Assembly (NCBI GenBank): GCA_037380845.1
Contig: JARRRI010000021.1
Span: 1 to 22,998 of the forward strand
Reading direction: 5' to 3'
Source: Candidatus Sulfobium sp.
Lineage (GTDB): Bacteria > Nitrospirota > Thermodesulfovibrionia > Thermodesulfovibrionales > UBA6898
DNA length: 22,998 bases
Below, piece by piece: positions 1 to 8,577 of the stretch. Each line of letters opens with the position of its first letter. The first letter of the stretch is position 1. The notes under the pieces are model-generated. The model did not search any database. It saw nothing but the letters and a program-made list of their open reading frames with translations, and was not told the origin of the DNA. A program made the translations under genes and the position numbers.

Positions 1-627
1 AGAAAGTCTGAGCCTCATCTCATACTCCTTGATGTAAACATGAACCCCACAGACGGCGTTTCGGTCTTCAGACGTCTGAAAGAGGATGAGCAGATCTCAC
101 ACATTCCGGTGATCTTCCTGTCCTCGGTTTCCGACGCAGAAATAATCCGGACCTGCAGGGATATGGGCTGCTTCGACTTTATCCTTAAACCCGTGAGAAT
201 ACGTGTTCTGCATGGCACGATAGAGAGATGCTTTTCTTTTCGGGGGGGCATGAGCAGGAAGCATTTGAGGGCCGCGTTCCACAAGAAGGTCTCTCTCATG
301 CATGAGGGCAGGCAATATCAGCTTTTTTCGGAAAGTCTCTCGGGAGGCGGGATATACCTCAGAAAAGATGTTCCCCTCCCTGTGGGTTCGAAAGTCGAGG
401 TGACTCTTCTGCTGGATAACACTCCTGTGCACGTGACCGGCAGCGTCATTTATACGAGGGAACTTTTCACCGGTTCCTTCGATCTCCCGCCCGGCATGGC
501 GATAGAATTCAAGGGACTTGGCCGGCACGAGCATCAGCAATTAAACGACTACATAGAAAAATTACTTGCCCGTGACATCACTGAGGGTCGCGAGTTATCG
601 CGGCATAGCGTGGAACATGTCGGGTGA
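1..627 (+). CDS. Response regulator receiver (REC) domain fused to a C-terminal PilZ domain; 5' end lies outside the window
   Basis: The frame is open from base 1 (RKSEPHLILLDVNMNPTDG), giving the REC phospho-acceptor Asp at 31-33, plus IPVIFLS and FILKPV motifs. The C-terminal half has the PilZ RxxxR motif (RKHLR), SLSGGG and PPGMAIEF. Stop TGA at 625-627. Confidence 0.85.
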   Translation, partial: RKSEPHLILLDVNMNPTDGVSVFRRLKEDEQISHIPVIFLSSVSDAEIIRTCRDMGCFDFILKPVRIRVLHGTIERCFSFRGGMSRKHLRAAFHKKVSLMHEGRQYQLFSESLSGGGIYLRKDVPLPVGSKVEVTLLLDNTPVHVTGSVIYTRELFTGSFDLPPGMAIEFKGLGRHEHQQLNDYIEKLLARDITEGRELSRHSVEHVG

Positions 628-677
628 GAATGTTCCTGGAGCGGAAACTAGTCCTGTATCGACAAAAGCTGAAGTCC

Positions 678-1562
678 TTACCGGACTGATATCCGTCTGA
701 AAGCTTCCCTGACCCCCGACAGGCCTCTCTTGTTGACGTAGCCTGCCGGCATGTATTTCGTCGTGTGCATTATGACCGTCTCTCTCCCGGTCAGCACTAT
801 GACGCCCCCCTCCCCGCCAAGGCCCAGAAGTCTTTTTAGAGAAAATCTCGCCGCACGTTCGGCCTTCATCTCCCGCATGTTCATGCATATCTCCTTGGCG
901 AGCGAAAGTCTGATGATATACTCTCCAAGCCCGGTGCATGCAACCGCGCCCTGGGCATTTTCTGCATAAATGCCGGCCCCGATTACAGGCGTATCGCCGA
1001 CCCTGCCGGGCAGCATGCCGGCTATTCCGCCTGTGGAAGAGGCGGCCGCAAAATTCCCGCCCTCGTCAACGGCTACGGCCCACACAGTGGAAAAGTACTC
1101 GTGATACAGCTTTGAAATCCCCATTCGGCGCCTCAGGGCCCTTTCGAGCTTTCGGAGGGCCTTTTCGTCGGGTTGCGCCAGCAGATCGAGGTTATGGGCA
1201 GCTGCGATCCTGGCGGCTCCCACGTTCGTCATCATGACGGAAGGAATTTCCATAAGCATCCTTGCAACGATGACCGGGTTCCTTACTCCTTCCAGTCCCA
1301 TCACCGAGCCAACCCCGAGCGTCCTGCCGTCCATCACGGAAGCGTCAAGCCTCCTTATCCCGTCGTACTGAAGGCTGGCTCCGCAGCCGGCATTAAAGAG
1401 ACCCGAGTTCTCAAGTATCTCCACTGCCTTCACCACCGCTTCGAGCGCCGTACCGGCGGCACGCAATATGTCGTATCCCGCCAGGACAGACTCGGCGAGT
1501 CTCTTCAATGCCTTTAGCGAGGGCCGCCTGCTCCCGGCACCTCCGTGGACGATCAGGAACAT
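678..1562 (-). CDS. iaaA: Isoaspartyl peptidase/L-asparaginase (Ntn-hydrolase, plant-type asparaginase family)
   Basis: Motifs LIVHGGAG, FNAGxG, LDASVMDG, ST(V)xAVAVD nucleophile site, STGG, GRVGDTP and CTGxGE. ATG at 1562 is preceded by GGGAGA. The usual TVGAV reads TVWAV here. Confidence 0.88.
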   Translation of the reverse strand: MFLIVHGGAGSRRPSLKALKRLAESVLAGYDILRAAGTALEAVVKAVEILENSGLFNAGCGASLQYDGIRRLDASVMDGRTLGVGSVMGLEGVRNPVIVARMLMEIPSVMMTNVGAARIAAAHNLDLLAQPDEKALRKLERALRRRMGISKLYHEYFSTVWAVAVDEGGNFAAASSTGGIAGMLPGRVGDTPVIGAGIYAENAQGAVACTGLGEYIIRLSLAKEICMNMREMKAERAARFSLKRLLGLGGEGGVIVLTGRETVIMHTTKYMPAGYVNKRGLSGVREAFRRISVR

Positions 1563-1672
1563 TGTATCTCCCATTACATTATACAGCCGTCCGCGTCGTT
1601 TGCCCGGCCGCAAGGCCTTCACGCCGCCCATATTGCAAAACATCGGCCTTATATGGAAATATGTATAGTATC

Positions 1673-2716
1673 ATGAAAAAGACGGTTTTCATTATTATCC
1701 TTATACTTTTTTCGGCCTTTCCGCTCTTCGCCGAGAAGATTCCCGAGGTTTCTCTGAGATTCGCCGGGCAGGGTGACCACGTCAGAATCGTTCTGGATTC
1801 CGATAGCGAATTAATAGAAGGCGCGTCTTCCGCCACCTCGACATCGGCTATCCGGATAACTTTTCCGTCCGACTTCCAGTTCAGGAAGCCCGGCAATTTT
1901 ATGTACGAAACTGTAAAAGAGGGCCGATCTCTGACGATAAACCTGAGAGACGTTGCCGAAGTGAAAACGTCGAGGCTGCCGGACCCCGCCCGCCTCGTTT
2001 TCGATCTGACCATCGGCCGGGCGGCAATAGGCCGAGGCGTTCCGCAGGTTTCTCCCTCCGGGACGTCGAAGACGGCGGAGCGGCCCGAACAGATGACCCT
2101 GAAAGATGTTTTCCAGTGACTGCTGCAAGAATCTCCGGAAAAGCCCCCGATCTCGGCGGTCGTGATAGACCCTGGTCATGGGGGCTACGATTATGGCATG
2201 GTGACCCAGGACGCAAAGGAAAAAGACGTGGACCTCACCCTCGCAAAAGCCCTTGCTTCCGCTTTCTCAAAGGAGGGCAAGTCAGTTTTTCTGACCCGAG
2301 GGTCCGACCAGGCCGCTTCCATTGCTGACAGGATAGATTTTGCCAACGGCAAAAAGCCGGATTTGTTCGTCAGTATCCATGCGTCCTCATCCACCGACAG
2401 GTTCGCGGTTTATATATCGACGGTAAAGGACCTGAATGTCGACCCGGTTGCAAAGCAATACAGTGTTTTTTCAGCCCAGAACACTTACTTCGATGAGAGT
2501 AGAAAAATAGCGCAGGATGTCGGGAAGTCGCTCAAAAAGGAATTCGGAAACACGGTGGTTATCAGGGAATTGCCGCTCCCGGTACTCTATTCGATCAAAG
2601 CTCCCGCGGTCCTTATAGAATACCCTTCCCTTGACCTGTTCGGTCGGGCACGGTCAATGCAAGGCAAGTTTGCATCGTCGGTTGCAGAAGGGATTTCGGC
2701 ATATGAAAACCAGTAA
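1673..2716 (+). pseudogene. AmiC-like N-acetylmuramoyl-L-alanine amidase (signal peptide + AMIN-like domain + Amidase_3), interrupted by an in-frame TGA at 2117-2119
   Basis: ORFs 1508..2119 and 2162..2716 share one frame and are separated by a single TGA. The N-terminal part has a signal peptide (MKKTVFIIILILFSAFPLFA) and AMIN hallmarks (VRIVLD, LPDPARLVFDL). The C-terminal part has VVIDPGHGG, KEKD, LTR, SIHA and AVLIE motifs. The status (pseudogene, readthrough or base error) is unresolved. Confidence 0.75.
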
Positions 2717-3314
2717 TCGCAAAACCACAGGGATCTGGATCGTCCTGCTTGTCGCTCTCTGCATTGCGTTAGCGGCAGGCGGCTATTTCCTTCTGAGCCG
2801 CTACTTGCAGACCGAAAAGCAGCCTGTCGCGGTTGTCGGCGCAGTACCTCCGGCCAGCGCTCAGGAGGAAGACCTCTTCAACCTCAGGATGTTCTACCCG
2901 GTCGGCAACCGTCTGGAGATGGTCGAAAAAGTGCTGCCCCGGAGAACGAAGGAATCTGCGATCACCGAGGCGGTGATAGAGGAATACTTCAAAGGCCCCG
3001 GAGAAGGAGAGGTGTCATGCATACCCGAAAATGTCAAGCTGCTGGGTCTGTATAATGGAGGCGACCATGTCCTGTATGTTGACCTCTCCGACGAATTGCG
3101 GCGAAACTTTCAGGGTGACGCGCTCCAGGAATATTTACTCCTCCAGGGCCTTTACGAAAGTCTCATATCCAATCTGGAGGGCATAAGCGACATCAAAGTT
3201 CTTGTGGACGGCAAGGAGATTGAAACTCTCGGGGGGCACATCTATCTGAAGTATACACTGAAAGACGCAGTATCATACGACTATAAGGGAGACGAGGAGA
3301 TTTCGCTTGAATAG
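2703..3314 (+). CDS. Membrane-anchored GerMN (sporulation/germination GerM-like) domain protein
   Basis: ATG 2703 overlaps the amidase 3' end. It has an N-terminal TM helix (GIWIVLLVALCIALAAGGYFLL) and GerMN-type motifs (EEYFKGP, IPENVKLL, LYVDLS, IKVLVDGKEIETLGGHI). Confidence 0.8.
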   Translation: MKTSNRKTTGIWIVLLVALCIALAAGGYFLLSRYLQTEKQPVAVVGAVPPASAQEEDLFNLRMFYPVGNRLEMVEKVLPRRTKESAITEAVIEEYFKGPGEGEVSCIPENVKLLGLYNGGDHVLYVDLSDELRRNFQGDALQEYLLLQGLYESLISNLEGISDIKVLVDGKEIETLGGHIYLKYTLKDAVSYDYKGDEEISLE

Positions 3315-4122
3315 GGGCGATCTCCCGGTCGGCGTATTCGATTCCGGCATAGGCGGTCTTACGGTCCTGAAAGAACTCCTCGCCGTACTGCCGAACGAAG
3401 GAATCGTCTACCTTGGAGACACGGCTAGGGTCCCCTACGGTATACGTTCCGCGGACACCGTAACCCGGTATTCCTTCGAGAATACCCGGTTTCTCTTTTC
3501 CATTGGGATCAAACTCCTGGTCGTTGCCTGTAATACCGTTTCTTCCATCAGCATCCAGGCGATAAGGGCTTCCATCGGCATACCGGTGATCGGGGTCATA
3601 GAGCCCGGAGCGCGGGCTGCGGCTGCCGTCACGAGAAACAACAGAGTGGGTGTGATAGGAACTGATGCCACTGTGAGGAGCGGCTCTTACAGCCGCGCTA
3701 TAAAGGCCGTCAACCACTCAATAGAGGTTTTCGGCCTGCCCTGCCCCCTCTTTGTTCCTCTGGTTGAAGAGGGCTGGACAGAAGGCGCTATAGTAGAATT
3801 GACTGCGGAAAGGTATCTTCGGGAGATGAAGGACAAGGGCATCGATACCCTTGTGCTGGGCTGCACCCACTATCCCCTGATAAAGGACGTCCTCTCGAAG
3901 ATAATGGGACAAGGGGTGGTACTCATAGATTCCGCGATAGAGACCGCGAGCCAGGTAAAGAGCACTCTCCGGGAGCTTTCCCTCCTGAAAGAGGGAACAG
4001 ACAAGGTGCCTCGCGAGTTCTACGTGACCGATTCCCCCGAGAAGTTCGTGACGGTGGGAGAACGATTCCTTGGGAGAAAAATAGACTGCATAAAGAAAAT
4101 TGAGCTGAGTCCGGAGGTGTAA
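3307..4122 (+). CDS. murI: Glutamate racemase
   Basis: Motifs GVFDSGIGGLTV, DTARVPYG, catalytic ACNT and LGCTHYP. TTG start with GAGGAG upstream; overlaps the GerMN stop. Confidence 0.97.
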   Translation: MNRGDLPVGVFDSGIGGLTVLKELLAVLPNEGIVYLGDTARVPYGIRSADTVTRYSFENTRFLFSIGIKLLVVACNTVSSISIQAIRASIGIPVIGVIEPGARAAAAVTRNNRVGVIGTDATVRSGSYSRAIKAVNHSIEVFGLPCPLFVPLVEEGWTEGAIVELTAERYLREMKDKGIDTLVLGCTHYPLIKDVLSKIMGQGVVLIDSAIETASQVKSTLRELSLLKEGTDKVPREFYVTDSPEKFVTVGERFLGRKIDCIKKIELSPEV

Positions 4123-4125
4123 AAG

Positions 4126-4863
4126 ATGCGTCCAGACGGCAGAAAAGACAACGAACTGAGGACGGTGGCAGTCACCAGAAATTACATCGGCACTGCGGAA
4201 GGGTCCGTACTCATGGAACTCGGAAATACGAGGGTTATCTGTACCGCCTCCATCGAAGAAAAGGTCCCGCCTTTTCTGAAAGACCAGAACAGGGGGTGGG
4301 TGACGGCGGAATATTCCATGATTCCCAGGGCCACCCAGAGCAGGATGATGAGAGAGTCCACGGCGGGCAGGGTGGGTGGAAGGACACACGAGATACAGAG
4401 GCTTATTGGAAGATCGCTGAGGTCTGTAGTAGACATGGGTATAATGGGGCAGAGGACGCTATGGATAGACTGCGATGTGATACAGGCCGACGGCGGCACC
4501 CGTACGGCAGCCATAACCGGCGCCTTTATCTGCGCAAGCGATGCCTTCGACTTCGCCGTCGACAAAGGACTCATCATAAAGAATCCTCTTAAAGATTATC
4601 TTGCTGCGGTGAGCGTGGGGGTCGTGAACGGCGGGCCGGTCCTCGACCTCTGTTATCGGGAGGACAGTTCGGCCGATGTCGACATGAATGTTGTAATGAC
4701 CGGAAGCGGGGATCTCGTGGAGGTCCAGGGGACAGCCGAAGGCAATCCTTTTTCATCGAAAATGCTGGATGCAATGCTCGAACTGTCGGCAGAAGGCATT
4801 GCGAAACTGGTCTCCCTGCAGAGAGATTTGATACCGGGTATTCCCCGCCCCGTGGTTGTCTGA
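4126..4863 (+). CDS. rph: Ribonuclease PH
   Basis: Motifs [51 protein letters not shown] and EVQGTAEG. Confidence 0.97.
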   Translation: MRPDGRKDNELRTVAVTRNYIGTAEGSVLMELGNTRVICTASIEEKVPPFLKDQNRGWVTAEYSMIPRATQSRMMRESTAGRVGGRTHEIQRLIGRSLRSVVDMGIMGQRTLWIDCDVIQADGGTRTAAITGAFICASDAFDFAVDKGLIIKNPLKDYLAAVSVGVVNGGPVLDLCYREDSSADVDMNVVMTGSGDLVEVQGTAEGNPFSSKMLDAMLELSAEGIAKLVSLQRDLIPGIPRPVVV

Positions 4864-4880
4864 TCCCCCTCCCCCAAAAA

Positions 4881-4930
4881 CTGAAAATAACTTTTTTTAT
4901 ATGGTAAAATAAGTGATAGCTCTGGAGGAG
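4881..4930 (+). promoter_or_regulatory. Candidate sigma70 extended -10 promoter and ribosome-binding site for ftsH-folP
   Basis: TGGTAAAAT at 4902-4910 (TGn plus TAAAAT) lies in an AT-rich intergenic stretch. GGAGGAG at 4924-4930 precedes TTG 4935. Confidence 0.5.
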
Positions 4931-4934
4931 AAAT

Positions 4935-6743
4935 TTGAATATATATAGAAGTCTCTTTATATGGGTCCTCATAGGATTGATGATAATCCTTCTCTTCAAC
5001 CTTCTGAACACCCCCAAAAAGACCTCGGAAGAACTCATTTTTTCGAATTTTCTGACAAAGGTTGAAGCCGGCAAGGTCGATGAGGTGACCATAAAAGATC
5101 ATTCCATCACGGGACGGCTGAAGGACGGAGTCAAGTTCAAGTCCTACTATGCCGACTATCCCGACCTGGTGAAGCAGCTCCGTTCTCAGAACGTGAAGAT
5201 AACCGTCAAGCCGCCGGACGAGAGCCCGTGGTACGTCAATCTTTTTTTCACATGGGGACCGATCATATTCATAGCCGTCATCTGGATTTTCTTCATGCGG
5301 CAGATGCAGAGCGGAGGGAATAAAGCGCTCTCTTTCGGCAAATCCAAGGCGAGGCTTGTCTCAGAAAAGACCGTGAAGGTCACCTTTGCCGACGTGGCCG
5401 GCGTAGAGGAGGCCAAGGGCGAGGTCCAGGAGATAATAGACTTCCTCAAGGACCCCCAGAAATTCCAGAAGCTTGGGGGCAAGATCCCCAAGGGGGTACT
5501 CCTCGTCGGTGCACCCGGCGCCGGCAAGACGCTGCTTGCCAGGGCCATAGCCGGAGAAGCGGGGGTGCCGTTTTTCAGCATAAGCGGTTCGGACTTCGTT
5601 GAGATGTTCGTGGGCGTCGGTGCATCACGGGTGCGGGACCTTTTCGAACAGGCCAAGAAGAGCGCGCCCTGCATAATCTTCATTGATGAGATTGATGCAG
5701 TGGGCAGGCACAGGGGAGCAGGACTTGGCGGAGGACACGACGAACGAGAGCAGACTCTCAACCAGCTCCTCGTTGAAATGGACGGCTTCGAGGGCACTGA
5801 AGGACTCATCATCATAGCGGCCACCAACAGACCGGACGTACTTGACCCGGCGCTTCTGAGGCCCGGCAGGTTCGACAGACAGGTGGTTGTCCCCCAGCCG
5901 GACGTCAAAGGCAGGCTGGAGATACTGAAGGTACACGTGAGAAACATACCTGTGGCAGATAATGTCAACCTCGAAAAGATTGCGAGGGGGACACCGGGCT
6001 TTTCCGGCGCCGATCTCGCCAACCTGGTAAATGAAGCCGCGCTGCTGGCAGCCAGGAACTCCAAGAGCAAGGTGGAAAATTCCGATTTCGAAGCGGCAAA
6101 AGACAAGGTGCTCATGGGCGTAGAGAGAAAGAGCATGATCATCAGCGATGAAGAGAAGAAGAACACTGCCTATCATGAGGCCGGCCATGCCCTTGTAGCC
6201 AAGCTCACCCCGGGCACGGACCCCATTCACAAAGTCAGCATAATACCGCGCGGCCGCGCTCTCGGCATAACCCAGCAGCTGCCGATAGACGACCGGTATA
6301 CCTATTCCAGGGATTACCTACTGAAGACTCTCCAGGTCCTCATGGGTGGAAGGGTAGCGGAAGAACTGGCCCTCAAGCATATGACAACCGGGGCCGGCAA
6401 TGATATCGAGCGTGCCACCGAACTGGCCAGAAAAATGGTGACGGAGTGGGGCATGAGCGAGAAGCTGGGACCGCTCACATTCGGGAAGAAGGATGAGCAG
6501 ATATTCCTCGGCCGGGAAATAGCCCAGCACAAGGATTACAGCGAGAAGACCGCCGTCGAAATCGACGAGGAGGTCAAACGCATCGTGTTCGATGCCTATT
6601 CCGCCGCAAAGAGGCTTCTCGAAGACAAATACCCTCTTCTCGACACCTTTGCACGCAAGCTCCTGGAGAAAGAGACCCTTGACGGACCTGAGATCGACCG
6701 GATGATCGATGAGTTCGAAAGCCCGACGCCAGTCGAGGCATAA
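4935..6743 (+). CDS. ftsH: ATP-dependent zinc metalloprotease FtsH
   Basis: Two N-terminal TM segments, Walker A GAPGAGKT, Walker [13 protein letters not shown] region [20 protein letters not shown], and HEAGH zinc motif. Confidence 0.98.
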   Translation: MNIYRSLFIWVLIGLMIILLFNLLNTPKKTSEELIFSNFLTKVEAGKVDEVTIKDHSITGRLKDGVKFKSYYADYPDLVKQLRSQNVKITVKPPDESPWYVNLFFTWGPIIFIAVIWIFFMRQMQSGGNKALSFGKSKARLVSEKTVKVTFADVAGVEEAKGEVQEIIDFLKDPQKFQKLGGKIPKGVLLVGAPGAGKTLLARAIAGEAGVPFFSISGSDFVEMFVGVGASRVRDLFEQAKKSAPCIIFIDEIDAVGRHRGAGLGGGHDEREQTLNQLLVEMDGFEGTEGLIIIAATNRPDVLDPALLRPGRFDRQVVVPQPDVKGRLEILKVHVRNIPVADNVNLEKIARGTPGFSGADLANLVNEAALLAARNSKSKVENSDFEAAKDKVLMGVERKSMIISDEEKKNTAYHEAGHALVAKLTPGTDPIHKVSIIPRGRALGITQQLPIDDRYTYSRDYLLKTLQVLMGGRVAEELALKHMTTGAGNDIERATELARKMVTEWGMSEKLGPLTFGKKDEQIFLGREIAQHKDYSEKTAVEIDEEVKRIVFDAYSAAKRLLEDKYPLLDTFARKLLEKETLDGPEIDRMIDEFESPTPVEA

Positions 6744-6751
6744 AAACTCAC

Positions 6752-7597
6752 GTGAAGCTGTTCTGGCGATCCTTCTGCCTGGACTTTTCAAAAAAGACAT
6801 ATATCATGGGCGTCCTGAACATAACGCCCGATTCCTTTTCAGACGGAGGACTCCATTTCGATAAGTCCTCAGCTGTGGACCACGGGCTCAGGATGATTGA
6901 CGAAGGGGCGGACATCATAGACATAGGCGGCGAATCCACCCGCCCCGGCTCAGATCCTGTTTCACCGGAAGAGGAGACCAGGCGGACAGTCCCTGTCATA
7001 GAAACCCTTGCAAAGAAGATTTCCTGCCCCATATCAATTGACACATACAGGTCGGGAGTAGCAATCCGGGCACTAAATGCCGGCGCATCCATGGTCAACG
7101 ATATCAGCGGCATGAGATTCGATCGCCGGATGCCGGAGGTTGTATCTCAGTACGGAGTCCCGGTCATGATAATGCATATAAAAGGTACGCCGAAGAACAT
7201 GCAGGTCAATCCGGAATATCGCGCGCTTATTCCGGAAATTCTCGACTACTTCAGGGAGCGCATAGAATCTGCCGCCAACGCGGGTATAAGAGAAGACCTT
7301 ATTGCCATAGATCCCGGCATCGGGTTCGGAAAGACTTTTGAACACAACCTCTCTATTCTGGGCAACCTCCGGCAGTTTACTCAACTCCGGAAGCCGGTCC
7401 TCATCGGTCCCTCACGAAAGGCGTTCCTGGGCAGGCTGCTGGGCGGCGCGAGCCCTGACGAAAGGATCGAGGGGACAGCGGCAGCCGTGGCTATCGCTAT
7501 CACAAAGGGTGCCGACATAGTCCGCGTACATGATGTCAGGGAGATGGCAAAAGTCGCTAAAGTAGCTGATGCCATAAAAAGGGAGAGCGTTGATTAA
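6752..7597 (+). CDS. folP: Dihydropteroate synthase
   Basis: Motifs MGVLNITPDSFSDGG, DIGGESTRPG, SIDT, DPGIGFGK, SRK and IVRVHDV. The ftsH-folP order is canonical. Confidence 0.97.
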   Translation: MKLFWRSFCLDFSKKTYIMGVLNITPDSFSDGGLHFDKSSAVDHGLRMIDEGADIIDIGGESTRPGSDPVSPEEETRRTVPVIETLAKKISCPISIDTYRSGVAIRALNAGASMVNDISGMRFDRRMPEVVSQYGVPVMIMHIKGTPKNMQVNPEYRALIPEILDYFRERIESAANAGIREDLIAIDPGIGFGKTFEHNLSILGNLRQFTQLRKPVLIGPSRKAFLGRLLGGASPDERIEGTAAAVAIAITKGADIVRVHDVREMAKVAKVADAIKRESVD

Positions 7598-7853
7598 AAT
7601 AAGTTCATATGTTACCAACCCGAGTCCTGACATATCCCGGCCGAACCTCTCCAGGAGTGCGTAAGGCAGCGATAGTGAGTAAAGTTACGACTGCTGCTTT
7701 TATCATTCTCTGCGTCATGAGGTATTATTACAGACCGGCTGCCTCCATCGGCGAGCCTTCTCCGCCGTGCCCGCCTCTTTTCAATCTTTTCTGGTTGTGG
7801 TAAAGTAACTCACCTTTTCTGCGGTATATATTCTCTACAGAAGGAGGCCGTCG

Positions 7854-8231
7854 ATGAGATCGTTGTCCCTCACCATTACGGCATCTCTGCTTCTGTTGCT
7901 CGCACTCCAGTCATGCGCGACCACAGACGACTTTGTCCGGTCCGGCAGCGAAGGGACCAGCCGCGTTTATCCGATAACGGTGAAACAGGCCTGGGATATA
8001 ACGGAAGTGGTGTTCCGATGGGAAGGGGCCGATAATATAAAAGAAGACCGGAAGGAAGATTACATGGTAGCAAGCGTCGGTACAGGCGTCTTTTCATACG
8101 ACGCCGCCATATGCGCGTGGATGGAGCCCGTGGACAGCGAGAACACGATGATCACCCTTGCCTCGAAGCGCAAGGATTTGAGCAAAGCGACGGCTTTCAC
8201 CCAGGCTAATTTCTACTGGAGATTTTCATAG
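7854..8231 (+). CDS. Putative lipoprotein of unknown function; probably ended prematurely by TAG 8229-8231
   Basis: Strong SD AGGAGG at 7842-7847, and a signal peptide with lipobox LQSC. The frame continues with protein-like AVEIVNAGKPLPTAPP after the TAG. Confidence 0.7.
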   Translation: MRSLSLTITASLLLLLALQSCATTDDFVRSGSEGTSRVYPITVKQAWDITEVVFRWEGADNIKEDRKEDYMVASVGTGVFSYDAAICAWMEPVDSENTMITLASKRKDLSKATAFTQANFYWRFS

Positions 8232-8577
8232 GCCGTTGAAATCGTCAACGCCGGCAAACCCCTGCCCACCGCACCACCCGAACTAGCTCACTTTATTCGT
8301 CTAAAAAGGCGTCGACGCATCCTTATGGAACTAATACAAGCCATTGATTTATCGGTCCTTGTATGTTAGCCTTAGCCGTTGGCGGTGCCCCGCGGGGTAA
8401 GAGACTTTTTATTCGAATTCTTTACCTAGTGCAGTCTATTTCTTTTTAAGGCCGGCGTTGGCTCCTGAGGAAGTGACACCTGCATTGACTACATCTAAAA
8501 CGGGGAACTTTTCGCGTGTTAATCTCGCCCACATGGGCATTTGTAGGGGCATTTGTGATTCCAGACAACTGCAAATG

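Noticed and set aside
1508..1672. N-terminal extensions given by the ORF track for the amidase (1508) and asparaginase (1643); likewise GerMN (2631) and fabH (21069)
   Set aside because: The extensions overlap neighbouring genes. Signal peptide, SD and motif positions favour starts at 1673, 1562, 2703 and 21195.
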